From the NCBI GenBank assembly GCA_965655095.1, contig OZ296648.1:151776001-151840000 (forward strand): a stretch of 64,000 bases of DNA. The letters run 5' to 3'. Positions within the stretch are counted from its first letter, which is position 1. The number at the start of each line of letters is the position of its first letter. The DNA is from Haplodiscus bocki. Its lineage: Eukaryota. This document shows, piece by piece, positions 22,901 to 31,800 of the stretch. The notes beneath the pieces were generated by a model. It searched no databases. It was not told the DNA's origin and saw only the letters and a program-made list of their open reading frames with translations. The translations under genes were made by a program, and so were the position numbers.

Positions 22901-24093
22901 CTGATCTTTGAAGAGGGCCACGATACTACGAATACTACTGATCACCAGCGTTCAGAAACTGAGTTAATTCCTTTACATTTATATGCAAGTAAGAAACGCA
23001 ATAATATTTCATTCAGTAAATATTTTACATGAAAATACTGATTCTCAAGCAAAAATGGCACAATGGCACAGTCAGTAGAGCATGCGACTGCGGCGCTAAC
23101 GGTCCCAAGTTCGAGCCGAGGCCACTCTCTCCTCTTTGGTCAAAGTCTAGCAACTTGTGCAACTTAAGAAGGGATCGGAAAACATGAAGACTGTGCTATA
23201 ACTCCTGCTTTCGCAAGTGTAACAAAGCTCAGAAGTTCTAACAAGGTTGATCACAGGGGAAATCAATTTCAAGGATTGATTATTTCAATTTGATTTACGA
23301 GGTCCAAAAAACTAGGCTGCTTCCAGAGGGAAGATAAAAAGCTTAAAAGGTTGATAAAATTAACAGCTTCAATTTGAGTCGATACATTAATACATAAAGC
23401 TGCAGAAAATTAGGTCCTTTCGAAAACTTAAATCGTCTCACTGAATACGTCCTTTAACGACATTTAGGCTGGCTAGACCTGTTTATTAAGGTCGACACGT
23501 GTTTATTACTTTTCAGAATTTTTTGGGAGAAATGCCAATTTTTCCACTCAAAAACTGTTGTTACCTGCTCTTTTTGCTCAGTACAATTTCAGAAATATTA
23601 TTTTTGTGATTTGGACTTGATTTGAAATTGACGATTTTGACACACGTCACAATTGTACCAAAATTTCATTTTAATTTTGAGATTTGAAAACAAAAATTTC
23701 GGCTTCTTCAAGAATTGTGTACTGTTTTGTTGCTAATTTTATGCTGTTGGCTTTTGTGGAGCTCAATTTTGATCTGTTAGCTTGCCCAATTGAAGGCCCC
23801 TCAAACTGTAACCAAAGGAAACTCACGGTAGCATGTATCTGACTGTGATCTTCATACTTTTCTCCACATCCTACAAATGAGCAACTTTTCTCCAAACATC
23901 TCCATAGATTCACTGTTTGTTTGCCACAGTCGTGACAAGCGTCGACTCTGTGTTTATGCACCGATGAACTGGACACTGATTTGGTACCAAAAAGGAAACT
24001 TCCAATAGCAAGAATATCTGTCGACAACACATGGGAGCAGTTGCTTTTCGGCAAGTAATTGCCACTTGCATCTTTGAGAGAACCGGAGGACAT
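1919..24093 (-). CDS. USP20/USP33: Ubiquitin carboxyl-terminal hydrolase 20/33 family gene (ZnF-UBP, USP catalytic domain, two DUSP domains); multi-exon, 3' end incomplete in window
   Basis: Exons 24093-23827, 22791-22515, 22203(or 22251)-21921, 21075-20740, 20437-20181, 17546-17219, 16877-16773, 16692-16472, 11056-10930, 10586-10168, 2484-2294, 2206-2107, 1981-1919. All junctions are GT-AG with matching phases (0,1,2,2,1,2,2,1,2,1,0,1). Motifs: Cys box [60 protein letters not shown], His box [24 protein letters not shown] motifs [26 protein letters not shown]. Confidence 0.95.
2107..2206 (-). CDS. USP20/USP33: USP20/33 coding exon 12 (DUSP2; absent from ORF track)
   Basis: Manual translation [33 protein letters not shown]; ttttcag acceptor, G|GTAGGT donor. 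Confidence 0.88.
2294..2484 (-). CDS. USP20/USP33: USP20/33 coding exon 11 (end of DUSP1, start of DUSP2)
   Basis: IPPEY...[24 protein letters not shown]...EREVFQK; ttgcag acceptor, GTATGC donor. Confidence 0.92.
3373..3510. repeat. Three ~49-bp tandem units with internal palindrome
   Basis: cgaaattattCTAAGTCAAAtTTTGACTTAGccgcaaaa and two variants. Confidence 0.8.
3760..4445. repeat. 60-bp minisatellite (~11-12 copies) with internal inverted repeat
   Basis: Unit agaaatattctAAGACAAtttcaaaacTTGTCTTtgccaaatttcctcatctcttcaacc; one copy partly deleted near 4125; ~344-bp secondary duplication. Confidence 0.95.
5125..5390. repeat. Degenerate ~140-bp tandem duplication
   Basis: tgaaggcgcctcgt.agtggattaac.cttgactaaa..aggacc.taaga...tgacttggttaactg at ~5142 and ~5283; weaker relatives from ~4900 to 5480. 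Confidence 0.8.
5343..8237. repeat. 964-bp tandem triplication (two near-identical copies + one diverged)
   Basis: Copy starts 5343, 6307, 7271 (tggttaactgtctttacgcatg); identical spurious ORFs 5958/6922 are offset by 964. Confidence 0.95.
8729..10115. mobile_element. Putative non-autonomous TIR DNA element (~1.4 kb)
   Basis: Left end aagctgggaacggctcaag...ggctcaaaa vs reverse complement of right end aagccgagaacggccaaggctcaaaa; non-coding AT-rich interior. Confidence 0.5.
10168..10586 (-). CDS. USP20/USP33: USP20/33 coding exon 10 (DUSP1 with Ser/Gly-rich insertion)
   Basis: KRATAE...[30 protein letters not shown]; donor C|GTAAGT, phase 1. Confidence 0.9.
10930..11056 (-). CDS. USP20/USP33: USP20/33 coding exon 9 (catalytic His/Asp box)
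   Basis: [25 protein letters not shown]...YVLFYR; ttttag acceptor, GTATGT donor. Confidence 0.93.
11363..11730 (-). mobile_element. Helentron/DINE-like non-autonomous element (family copy 1)
   Basis: Subterminal inverted repeats ACACTTGCGC (11391-11400) / GCGCAAGTGT (11720-11729) plus terminal hairpin CACAGatgcgaagCTGTG; homologous to 22827 and 63405 copies. Confidence 0.65.
13126..13190 (+). other. tRNA-derived SINE-like fragment
   Basis: tgcaatgggtggagcg...gagggttcgagtccc (B box with T-stem); no complete cloverleaf. Confidence 0.5.
14075..15570. repeat. Old, highly degenerate ~178-bp tandem array (~8 units) in USP intron 8
   Basis: Motif gag(a/t)ttga...gagatgaatcaaaa...ggactatca recurs at about 14080, 14267, 14440, 14615, 14799, 14972, 15150. 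Confidence 0.6.
15886..15980 (-). other. tRNA-derived SINE-like fragment
   Basis: Minus strand ...gtggtgggttcgaatcgcgctatccgcca (B box, ends in CCA); 5' half degenerate. Confidence 0.45.
16472..16692 (-). CDS. USP20/USP33: USP20/33 coding exon 8 (absent from ORF track)
   Basis: Manual translation: [73 protein letters not shown]; follows an 80-nt intron. Confidence 0.92.
16773..16877 (-). CDS. USP20/USP33: USP20/33 coding exon 7
   Basis: [35 protein letters not shown]; tttttag acceptor, GTTAGC donor. Confidence 0.92.
17219..17546 (-). CDS. USP20/USP33: USP20/33 coding exon 6
   Basis: [22 protein letters not shown]...[11 protein letters not shown]...[12 protein letters not shown]; tttag acceptor, AG|GTTTAT donor. 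Confidence 0.92.
17594..18037. mobile_element. MITE-like element (TA-ended, Tc1/mariner-like termini)
   Basis: tactcctaaaaagcgg... / ...ccgcttagtaggaaccccagta imperfect TIRs with C-rich subterminal repeats. Confidence 0.45.
18040..19011. mobile_element. Foldback-like element with long imperfect inverted arms
   Basis: gagacaaaactgccaatt repeats (18100-18170) mirrored by aattggcagttttgtctc repeats (18900-18965); gataattagcaaata/tacttgctaattacc and gaaactgaaataccac/gtgggatttcagtttc inner inverted matches; exact ends uncertain. Confidence 0.7.
19012..19968. mobile_element. Second foldback/MITE element with cccaaaa-type subterminal repeats and internal minisatellite
   Basis: ccaaagtctaaaatagccaagatttaaacaacc (~19024) matches reverse complement of 19875-19930; related arm fragment at 63240-63365. 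Confidence 0.7.
19331..19490. repeat. Four ~40-48-bp tandem units (tctcacagtgccgaaaattt)
   Basis: Copies at about 19331, 19372, 19412, 19460. Confidence 0.85.
20181..20437 (-). CDS. USP20/USP33: USP20/33 coding exon 5 (Ser/Thr/Pro-rich insertion in USP domain)
   Basis: ttgttcag acceptor phase 2; donor G|GTAATT phase 1 matches next exon; GC-richer open frame; family has a low-complexity insertion at this position. Confidence 0.8.
20740..21075 (-). CDS. USP20/USP33: USP20/33 coding exon 4 (QQD box + start of insertion)
   Basis: tttag|(R)PSFMIP...[25 protein letters not shown]; donor TC|GTGAGT, phase 2. Confidence 0.88.
21921..22203 (-). CDS. USP20/USP33: USP20/33 coding exon 3 (catalytic Cys box)
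   Basis: [22 protein letters not shown]; two in-frame acceptors (exon start 22203 or 22251); donor AG|GTGAGA, phase 2. Confidence 0.9.
22515..22791 (-). CDS. USP20/USP33: USP20/33 coding exon 2 (C-half of ZnF-UBP + linker)
   Basis: ttttcgtag|[24 protein letters not shown]...; donor CAAG|GTAA, phase 1. Confidence 0.9.
22827..23221 (-). mobile_element. Helentron/DINE-like non-autonomous element (family copy 2) with internal tRNA-like segment
   Basis: CACAGaggcgaagCTGTG hairpin, tacacttcc...cgcaagtgta ends; first ~115 bp align with 11363 copy; interior aligns with 63450-63575. Confidence 0.65.
23057..23125 (+). other. tRNA-derived (Pol III A/B box) sequence inside the element; not a functional tRNA
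   Basis: A-box-like tggcacagtcagtagagc, B-box-like gttcgagcc; cloverleaf stems incomplete. Confidence 0.6.
23827..24093 (-). CDS. USP20/USP33: USP20/33 coding exon 1 (start; N-half of ZnF-UBP)
   Basis: ATG at 24093; [35 protein letters not shown]; donor GTGAGT, phase 0. Confidence 0.9.
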
Positions 24094-24902
24094 AGTTACT
24101 TCGTTGAGTTTCTAGCTCAAACAAGGTGAGCCAAACCGTTTCTATATTGGGATAGTCCTAAAATTAGATGTGATAACATCATATTTAATAAACATTCTAT
24201 CCACATTTTCTAACTCTGAAAAGATTCGAAGCATTAAAAGTACTGCATGTTAGCCAACAACTAAGGTTTCCTATATTTTCGAAAGATTCTGAAACATGGA
24301 TTCAATTTCAGTGTATACGCTGGAGAACTAAATAACAAGGTATTGAAAATGGCAAAAAATACCCGACTGTTGTTTCCTCACCCTCAAACTTGAATAAAAC
24401 TGCCCTTCTGAAGCACACACTGACATCAATTCTTTACACGTTGCATAACAAATAGTCAATAACCGTTTTTTTCTACGTCTCAAGTCAAGCACGTTGTTTT
24501 GGAAACAGTAAATACCTCTAAAATTGGAGAGTAATAAAATTTTAGGTGCTAAATTTTGAAAACACTAAAATGGCAAAGTGAGAATAGCATTTGTTGCAAT
24601 GACATCTGCTAGGTTTGTAGGACCTTGGAAAAGTTTTGAGATTCAGTCATTTTTCATAAATTAAAAAGCTTGAAGAAATTTGATTTGGAAAAATAGGCTA
24701 ACTAATACTATCATGGTTTCTACCAACCGGTCAAAAACAATGCATACAACCAATCGTATATTAAGCTTCGCATTAACTAAATTATTTTACAAAGCAAACA
24801 ATCATCTGTTGGCTAAAAGATTAAAAGGTAAAAACTTTCAAAAAAACAATCGTAAAACATTAAAGTGTTCAAGAACCACTCTCAGTGTAGAAATTTTTGG
24901 TG

Positions 24903-25614
24903 TTATTTCTTATAAATATTAACATTGAAAAGTTGACTTTCATTGACAACATATTTTTCTAGGAAAAGCGATACATGTTTGAGGATGATCTTCACTCTTG
25001 CGTCAGTGACTTCACTGTCAGCTAACATTTGCGGCATTTCGACAAATAGTCTGAACAAGAAAGATGCACCGTAAACTAAACAAGGTGGAATAGGATTCGA
25101 CTCACTAAGTGTCTCATCCGGAATTGCTCTCCATTTCTTTGCATCATGTAATGCTTTCTGCACGTCTTTAGTTGTGTTAGAAATAGGGGTTGAATCAAAA
25201 TGCTCATTGGAGCTAGAACAAACATTAACGTCTTTTAAAAGTTTTCTAGAAAGTTCTAATTGCAATGAAGGTTTTGCCTTCAACTGTTGAGATGTTCTGG
25301 CTTCGTTCATTAGTCTGACCAGTTTTTGCTTTTTGGAAACATGAACACTTTCGTCGTTTTCCGTTACGTCATTTTCAGAACTTTGGTATCCTGAAGATTC
25401 TCGTTTTCCCCAAAATGTAGGTGAAAGGGATGCTCGGCGCTTCCTCGAAGAGCTACTCTTGCATCTTGAGCTCTCTGCCTCTTTCAGTAGTTTATTGGAA
25501 GATAAATTCATTTGAACATCGAAATACGCAGCTGTTTCGTTCTTGTAAAGGAGAATAGAAGAAAGAGCCATATCAAAATAGACTCGGATTCCATCCAAAA
25601 TTTCTTTACAGAGA
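24903..25614 (-). CDS. MSL3: Male-specific lethal 3-like (MRG domain) gene, terminal coding exon
   Basis: Acceptor tttatttcag at 25615-25616, then LCKEILDGIRVYFDMALSSILLYKNE, a long Ser-rich insert, and W..IP..PIPPCLVYGASFLFRLFVEMPQML...ILKHVSLFL, TAA at 24905-24903. A split MRG domain with a long insertion is typical of MSL3 rather than MRG15. Chromo-barrel and N-terminal MRG exons are not in the window. Confidence 0.85.
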
Positions 25615-25879
25615 CTGAAATAAAAATAGGAACTTTGCGTTTGCCAATCAAAGCCAAAAAACATTTGACATCAATAGTTGGCCATAAACTACAGTAGTGA
25701 TTAGCTCAGCAGTTCACTTGATTATAATCACCACTATGTGACAAGAGAACAACAACCGCCGCAAGCATAGTTGACCATTTGCTGCACTTCAGATGATACA
25801 TCCCGCACAATGATTCAAGAATATAATGATAATTAGTCCACCTTGAAAGAGGAACTGTCTAAGAGATGGTCAAAATTGA

Positions 25880-28800
25880 ACTGTAACACCGAAAACGGAG
25901 GAGAACCCAAGGTCATGGTATTAACCATGTAAAAATGTTCCATTGGTTCAGATATCATCCAAAATCAAGAAAAAATGCGCATACAAAACTGAACTAAGCA
26001 AAATGAAGGAGCCCCCTACGTTAAACTCTTGAGACTCAATTCTTAGAAAAATCCGAAGTGTTAGTATACCACAGTCTAATCATTTTTCAAAAGTCCAGAC
26101 ATCTTTACACATCACGTTCACACCATCCGACAAAACTTCTTCAGACATAGCCAAAAAAAGAAACTCTTCAAAAAGCAATCGACAATCGAACGATTTAGGC
26201 AGTCCTGAGCCGCGTGAAAGAATCGTTAACAGTCTAAACACCAAAAATGACAAATACTCATTCTATGAACAATCAAAAGCCGACACCGAGCACGAAAAGA
26301 ACTCCAGGGTCACCTCAAAACGATCTAATCAAGTTTCATTGGTACAGATATTTAAGATCACGAAAAACTGCGTACAAAAACAAACCTTTTGATACGGCAG
26401 AAAAACAAGACCTGAACGTTAACCTCCAGAACAGAGCACTTTCTTCAGGGGAAACATTAGTGTCAGTATACAACAGTCTAATCACGTTTCATTGGTCCAG
26501 ACATCTTTGCACATCACGTTCACACAAACCGACGTATCTTCTTCAGACATAGCCAAAAAAAACTTGCCTAAAACGTCAAAAAACTATCAAAGTTCAAACA
26601 ATTGAGACAGACGGTTGGACGGGTTAGAGAATAGTTAACAGTCCAAACACAATAAATGACAAGCAGACGACTCAGTGTAAGAGCAAAAATTAAAATCAAA
26701 CTCTGGGGACAATTCCACGGCCACTGTAAAATGATCGAATCAAGTTTCATTGGTCCAGATATCTTTGCACATCACGTTCACACCATCTAACCGAACTTCT
26801 TCAGACATAGCTAAAAAAGGAAACTCTCTAAAAAGCAATCGACAATCAAACTATTTACGCAGTCCTGAGCCGCGTGAAAGAATCGTTAACAGTCTAAACA
26901 ACAACAATGACAAATACTCATTCTATGAACAAGCAAAAGCCGACACCGAGCACGAAAAGAACTACAGGGTCACCTCAAAACGATCTAATCAAGTTTCATT
27001 GGTACAGATATTTAAGATCACGAAAAACTGCGTACAGAAACAAACCTTTTGATACGGCAGAAAAACAAGACCTGAACGTTAACCTCCAGAACAGAGAGCA
27101 CTTTCTTCAGGGGAAACATTAGTGTCAGTATACAACAGTCTAATCACGTTTCATTGGTCCAGACATCTTTGCACATCGCGTTCACACAAACCGACGTATC
27201 TTCTTCAGACATAGCCAAAAAAACTTGCCTAAAACGTCAAAAAACTATCAAAGTTCAAACAATTGAGACAGACGGTTGGACGGGTTAGAGAATAGTTAAC
27301 AGTCCAAACACAATAAATGACAAGCAGACGACTCAGTGTAAGAGCAAAAATTAAAATCAAACTCTGGGGACAATTCCACGGCCACTGTAAAATGATCGAA
27401 TCAAGTTTCATTGGTCCAGATATCTTTGCACATCACGTTCACACCTTCCAAGACAACTTCTTCAGACATAGGTAAAAATGAAACTCTCTAAAGAGCAATC
27501 GACACTCAAACGACTTAGGCAGTCCTCAGCCGTGTGAACGAATCGTTAACAGTCCAAACACCATAAAGGGCAAAAAGAACACACAATTTAGGAGCAAAAA
27601 GGAAAACCATACTCCGCAGACAACTCGACACCCACGGTAGAATGATCTAATCATATTTCATTGTCTTAGATACCTTTCAAGATCACGAATCATTGCGTGC
27701 AAAAGACAACCTCTTAACACGGCAGAAAAAAAAGACCTAAACGTTAACTTCTGGGGTACTATTTTGAAACAAACCACAAGTGTCAGTATACATCTGTCCA
27801 ATCAGGTTTCATTGGTCCAGACATCTTTGCACATCACGTTCACACCATCCAACACATCTTCAGACATACGTGAAAAATCAAACTCTCTAAAAGCAGTCGA
27901 CACTCAAACGACTTAGGCAGTCCTCAGCCGTAAGAAAGAATCTTTAAAAGTCCAAACATCATAAATGACAAATACTCATTCTATGAAACAGCAAAAGGCG
28001 ACACCGCGCACGAAGGAGAATTCCAGGGTCACTTCAAAACGATCTAATCATGTTTCATTGGTCCAGATATCCAGGATCACTAAAAAATTCGTGCAAAAGC
28101 AAACCTTTTGTTACGGCAGAAAAAAGAGGCTGGAACGTTAACATACAGTGCAGAGTACTATATTCAGAAGAAACAAAAGTGTCAGTATACAACAGTCTAA
28201 TCACGTTTCATTGGTCCAGACATCTTTGCCCATCACGTCCATACCATCTAACACAACTTCCTCAGACATAGCTAAAAGAGGAAACTCTCTAAAAAGCAAT
28301 CGACACTCAAACGACTTAGACAACCCTCAGCCGAGTGAAAAAAGCGTTAATAGTCCAAACAACATAAAGGGCAAAACGACCACACAAATTAGGACCAAAA
28401 GGAAAACCATACTCCAGGGACAATTCGATGGCCATGGTAAAATGATGCATGCTTTAGATACCTTTCAAAATCACGAAAAAACGGATGCAAAAGAAAAAAA
28501 TCTTGACACTGCAGAAAAACAATACCTGAACGTAAAGTTCTAGAGTAGGATTCGGAAAGAATGCAAAAATGTCAGTACATATCTGTCCGACCAGGTTTCA
28601 TTGGTCCAGAAAACTTTGCACATCACGTTCACAGCATCTAACAGAACTTCTTCAGACATAGCTAAAAAAGGAAACTCTCTAAAAAGCAGTCGACACTCAT
28701 ACGATTTAGGCAGTCCTGAGCCGCGTGAAAGAATCGTTAACAGTCTAAACACCAACAATGACAAATACTCATTCTATGAACCAGCAAAAGCCGACATCGA

Positions 28801-31800
28801 GCACGAAAAGAACTACAGGGTCACCTCAAAACGATCTAATCAAGTTTCATTGGTACAGATATTTAGGATCACGAAAAACTGCATACAGAAACAAACCTTT
28901 TGATACGGCAGAAAAACAAGACCTGAACGTTAACCTCCAGAACAGAGCACTTTCTTCAGGGGAAACAAAAGTATCAGTATACAACAGTCTAATCAGGTTT
29001 CATTGGTCCAGACATCTTTGCACATCACGTTCACACCATACAACATAACTTCTTCTGACATGGCTAAAAATGAAACTCTTTTAAAAAGCAATCGACAATC
29101 AAACGATTTACGCAGTCCTGAGCCGCGTGAAAGAATCGTTAACAGTCTAAACAACAACAATGACAAATACTCATTCTATGAACAAGCAAAAGCCGACACC
29201 GAGCACGAAAAGAACTACAGGGTCACCTCAAAACGATCTAATCAAGTTTCATTGGTACAGATATTTAAGATAACGAAAAACTGCGTACAGAAACAAACCT
29301 TTTGATACGGCAGAAAAACAAGACCTGAACGTTAACCTCCAGAACAGAGCACTTTCTTCAGGGGAAACATTAGTGTCAGTATACAACAGTCTAATCACGT
29401 TTCATTGGTCCAGACATCCTTGTACATCACGTTCACACAAACCGACGTATCTTCTTCAGACATAGCCAAAAAACTTGCCTAAAACGTCAAAAAACTATCA
29501 AAGTTCAAACAATTGAGACAGACGGTTGGACGGGTTAGAGAATAGTTAACAGTCCAAACACAATAAATGACAAGCAGACGACTCAGTGTAAGAGCAAAAA
29601 TTAAAATCAAACTCTGGGGACAATTCCACGGCCACTGTAAAATGATCGAATCAAGTTTCATTGGTCGAGATATCTTTGCACATCACGTTCACACCATCTA
29701 ACCGAACTTCTTCAGACATAGCTAAAAAAGGAAACTCTCTAAAAAGCAGTCGACACTCAAACGACTTAGGCAGTCCTCAGCCGTGTGAACGAATCGTTAA
29801 CAGTCCAAACACCATAAAGGGCAAAAAGAACACACAATTTAGGAGCAAAAAGGAAAACCATACTCCGCAGACAGCTCGACACCCACGGTAGAATGATCTA
29901 ATCATGTTTCATTGTCTTAGATACCTTTCAAGATCACGAATCATTGCGTGCAAAAGACAACCTTTTAACACGGCAGAAAAAAAGACCTAAACGTTGACTT
30001 CTGGGGTACCATTTTGAAACAAACCACAAGTGTCAGTATACATCTATGCAATCAGGTTTCATTGGTCCAGACATCTTTGCACATCACGTTCACACCATCC
30101 AACACAACATCTTCAGACATACGTGAAAAATCAAACTCTCTAAAAGCAGTCGACACTCAAACGACTTAGGCAGTCCTCAGCCGTGTGAAAGAATCATTAA
30201 AAGTCCAAACATCATAAATGACAAATACTCATTCTATGAAACAGCAAAAGGCGACACCGCGCACGAAGGAGAATTCCAGGGTCACTTCAAAACGATCTAA
30301 TCATGTTTCATTGGTCCAGATATCCAGGATCACTAAAAAATTCGTGCAAAAGCAAACCTTTTGTTACGGCAGAAAAAAGAGGCTGGAACGTTAACATACA
30401 GTGCAGAGTACTATATTCAGAAGAAACAAAAGTGTCAGTATACAACAGTCTAATCACGTTTCATTGGTCCAGACAACTTTGCCCATCACGTCCATACCAT
30501 CTAACACAACTTCCTCAGACATAGCTAAAAGAGGAAACTCTCTAAAAAGCAATCGACACTCAAACGACTTAGACAACCCTCAGCCGAGTGAAAAAAGCGT
30601 TAATAGTCCAAACAACATAAAGGGCAAAACGACCACACAAATTAGGACCAAAAGGAAAACCATACTCCAGGGACAATTCGATGGCCATGGTAAAATGATG
30701 CATGCTTTAGATACCTTTCAAGATCACGAAAAAACGGGTGCAAAAGAAAAAAATCTTGACACTGCAGAAAAACAATACCTAAACGTAAACTTCTAGAGTA
30801 GGATTCGGAAAGAATGCAAAAATGTCAGTACATATCTGTCCGATCAGGTTTCATTGGTCCAGAAAACTTTGCACATCACGTTCACACCATCTAACAGAAC
30901 TTCTTCAGACATAGCTAAAAAAGGAAACTCTCTAAAAAGCAGTCGACACTCATACGATTTAGGCAGTCCTGAGCCGCGTGAAAGAATCGTTAACAGTCTA
31001 AACAACAACAATGACAAATACTCATTCTATGAACAAGCAAAAGCCGACACCGAGCACGAAAAGAACTACAGGGTCACCTCAAAACGATCTAATCAAGTTT
31101 CATTAGTACAGATATTTAAGATAACGAAAAACTGCGTACAGAAACAAACCTTTTGATACGGCAGAAAAACAAGACCTGAACGTTAACCTCCAGAACAGAG
31201 CACTGTCTTCAGGGGAAACATTAGTGTCAGTATACAACAGTCTAATCACGTTTCATTGGTCCAGACATCTTTGCACATCACGTTCACACAAACCGACGTA
31301 TCTTCTTCAGACATAGCCAAAAAAAACTTGCCTAAAACGTCAAAAAACTATCAAAGTTCAAACAATTGAGACAGACGGTTGGACGGGTTAGAGAATAGTT
31401 AACAGTCCAAACACAATAAATGACAAGCAGACGACTCAGTGTAAGAGCAAAAATTAAAATCAAACTCTGGGGACAATTCCACGGCCACTGTAAAATGATC
31501 GAATCAAGTTTCATTGGTCCAGATATCTTTGCACATCACGTTCACACCTTCCAACACAACTTCTTCAGACATAGGTAAAAATGAAACTCTCTAAAAAGCA
31601 ATCAACACTCAAACGACTTAGGCAGTCCTCAGCCGTGTGAACGAATCGTTAACAGTCCAAACACCATACAGGGCAAAAAAAACACACAATTTAGGAGCAA
31701 AAAGGAAAACCATACTCCGCGGACAACTCGACACCCACGGTAGAATGATCTAATCATGTTTCATTGTCTTAAGATACCTTTCAAGATCACGAATCATTGC

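Noticed and set aside
13126-23125. Functional tRNA genes at ~13130, ~15890 and ~23060
   Set aside because: B boxes are present but acceptor, D and anticodon stems are incomplete; treated as tRNA-derived repeats.
25615-25664. ORF-track start for a single-exon 253-aa protein (24903..25664)
   Set aside because: The first 16 residues are intronic sequence before the acceptor and MRG homology starts mid-domain; it is a terminal exon, not a complete gene.
26740-26880. Hammerhead ribozyme in the satellite (minus strand has CTGAAGA/CTGAGGA and a conserved GAAAC)
   Set aside because: I could not form helices I-III around the core motifs; an Infernal hammerhead search would be decisive.
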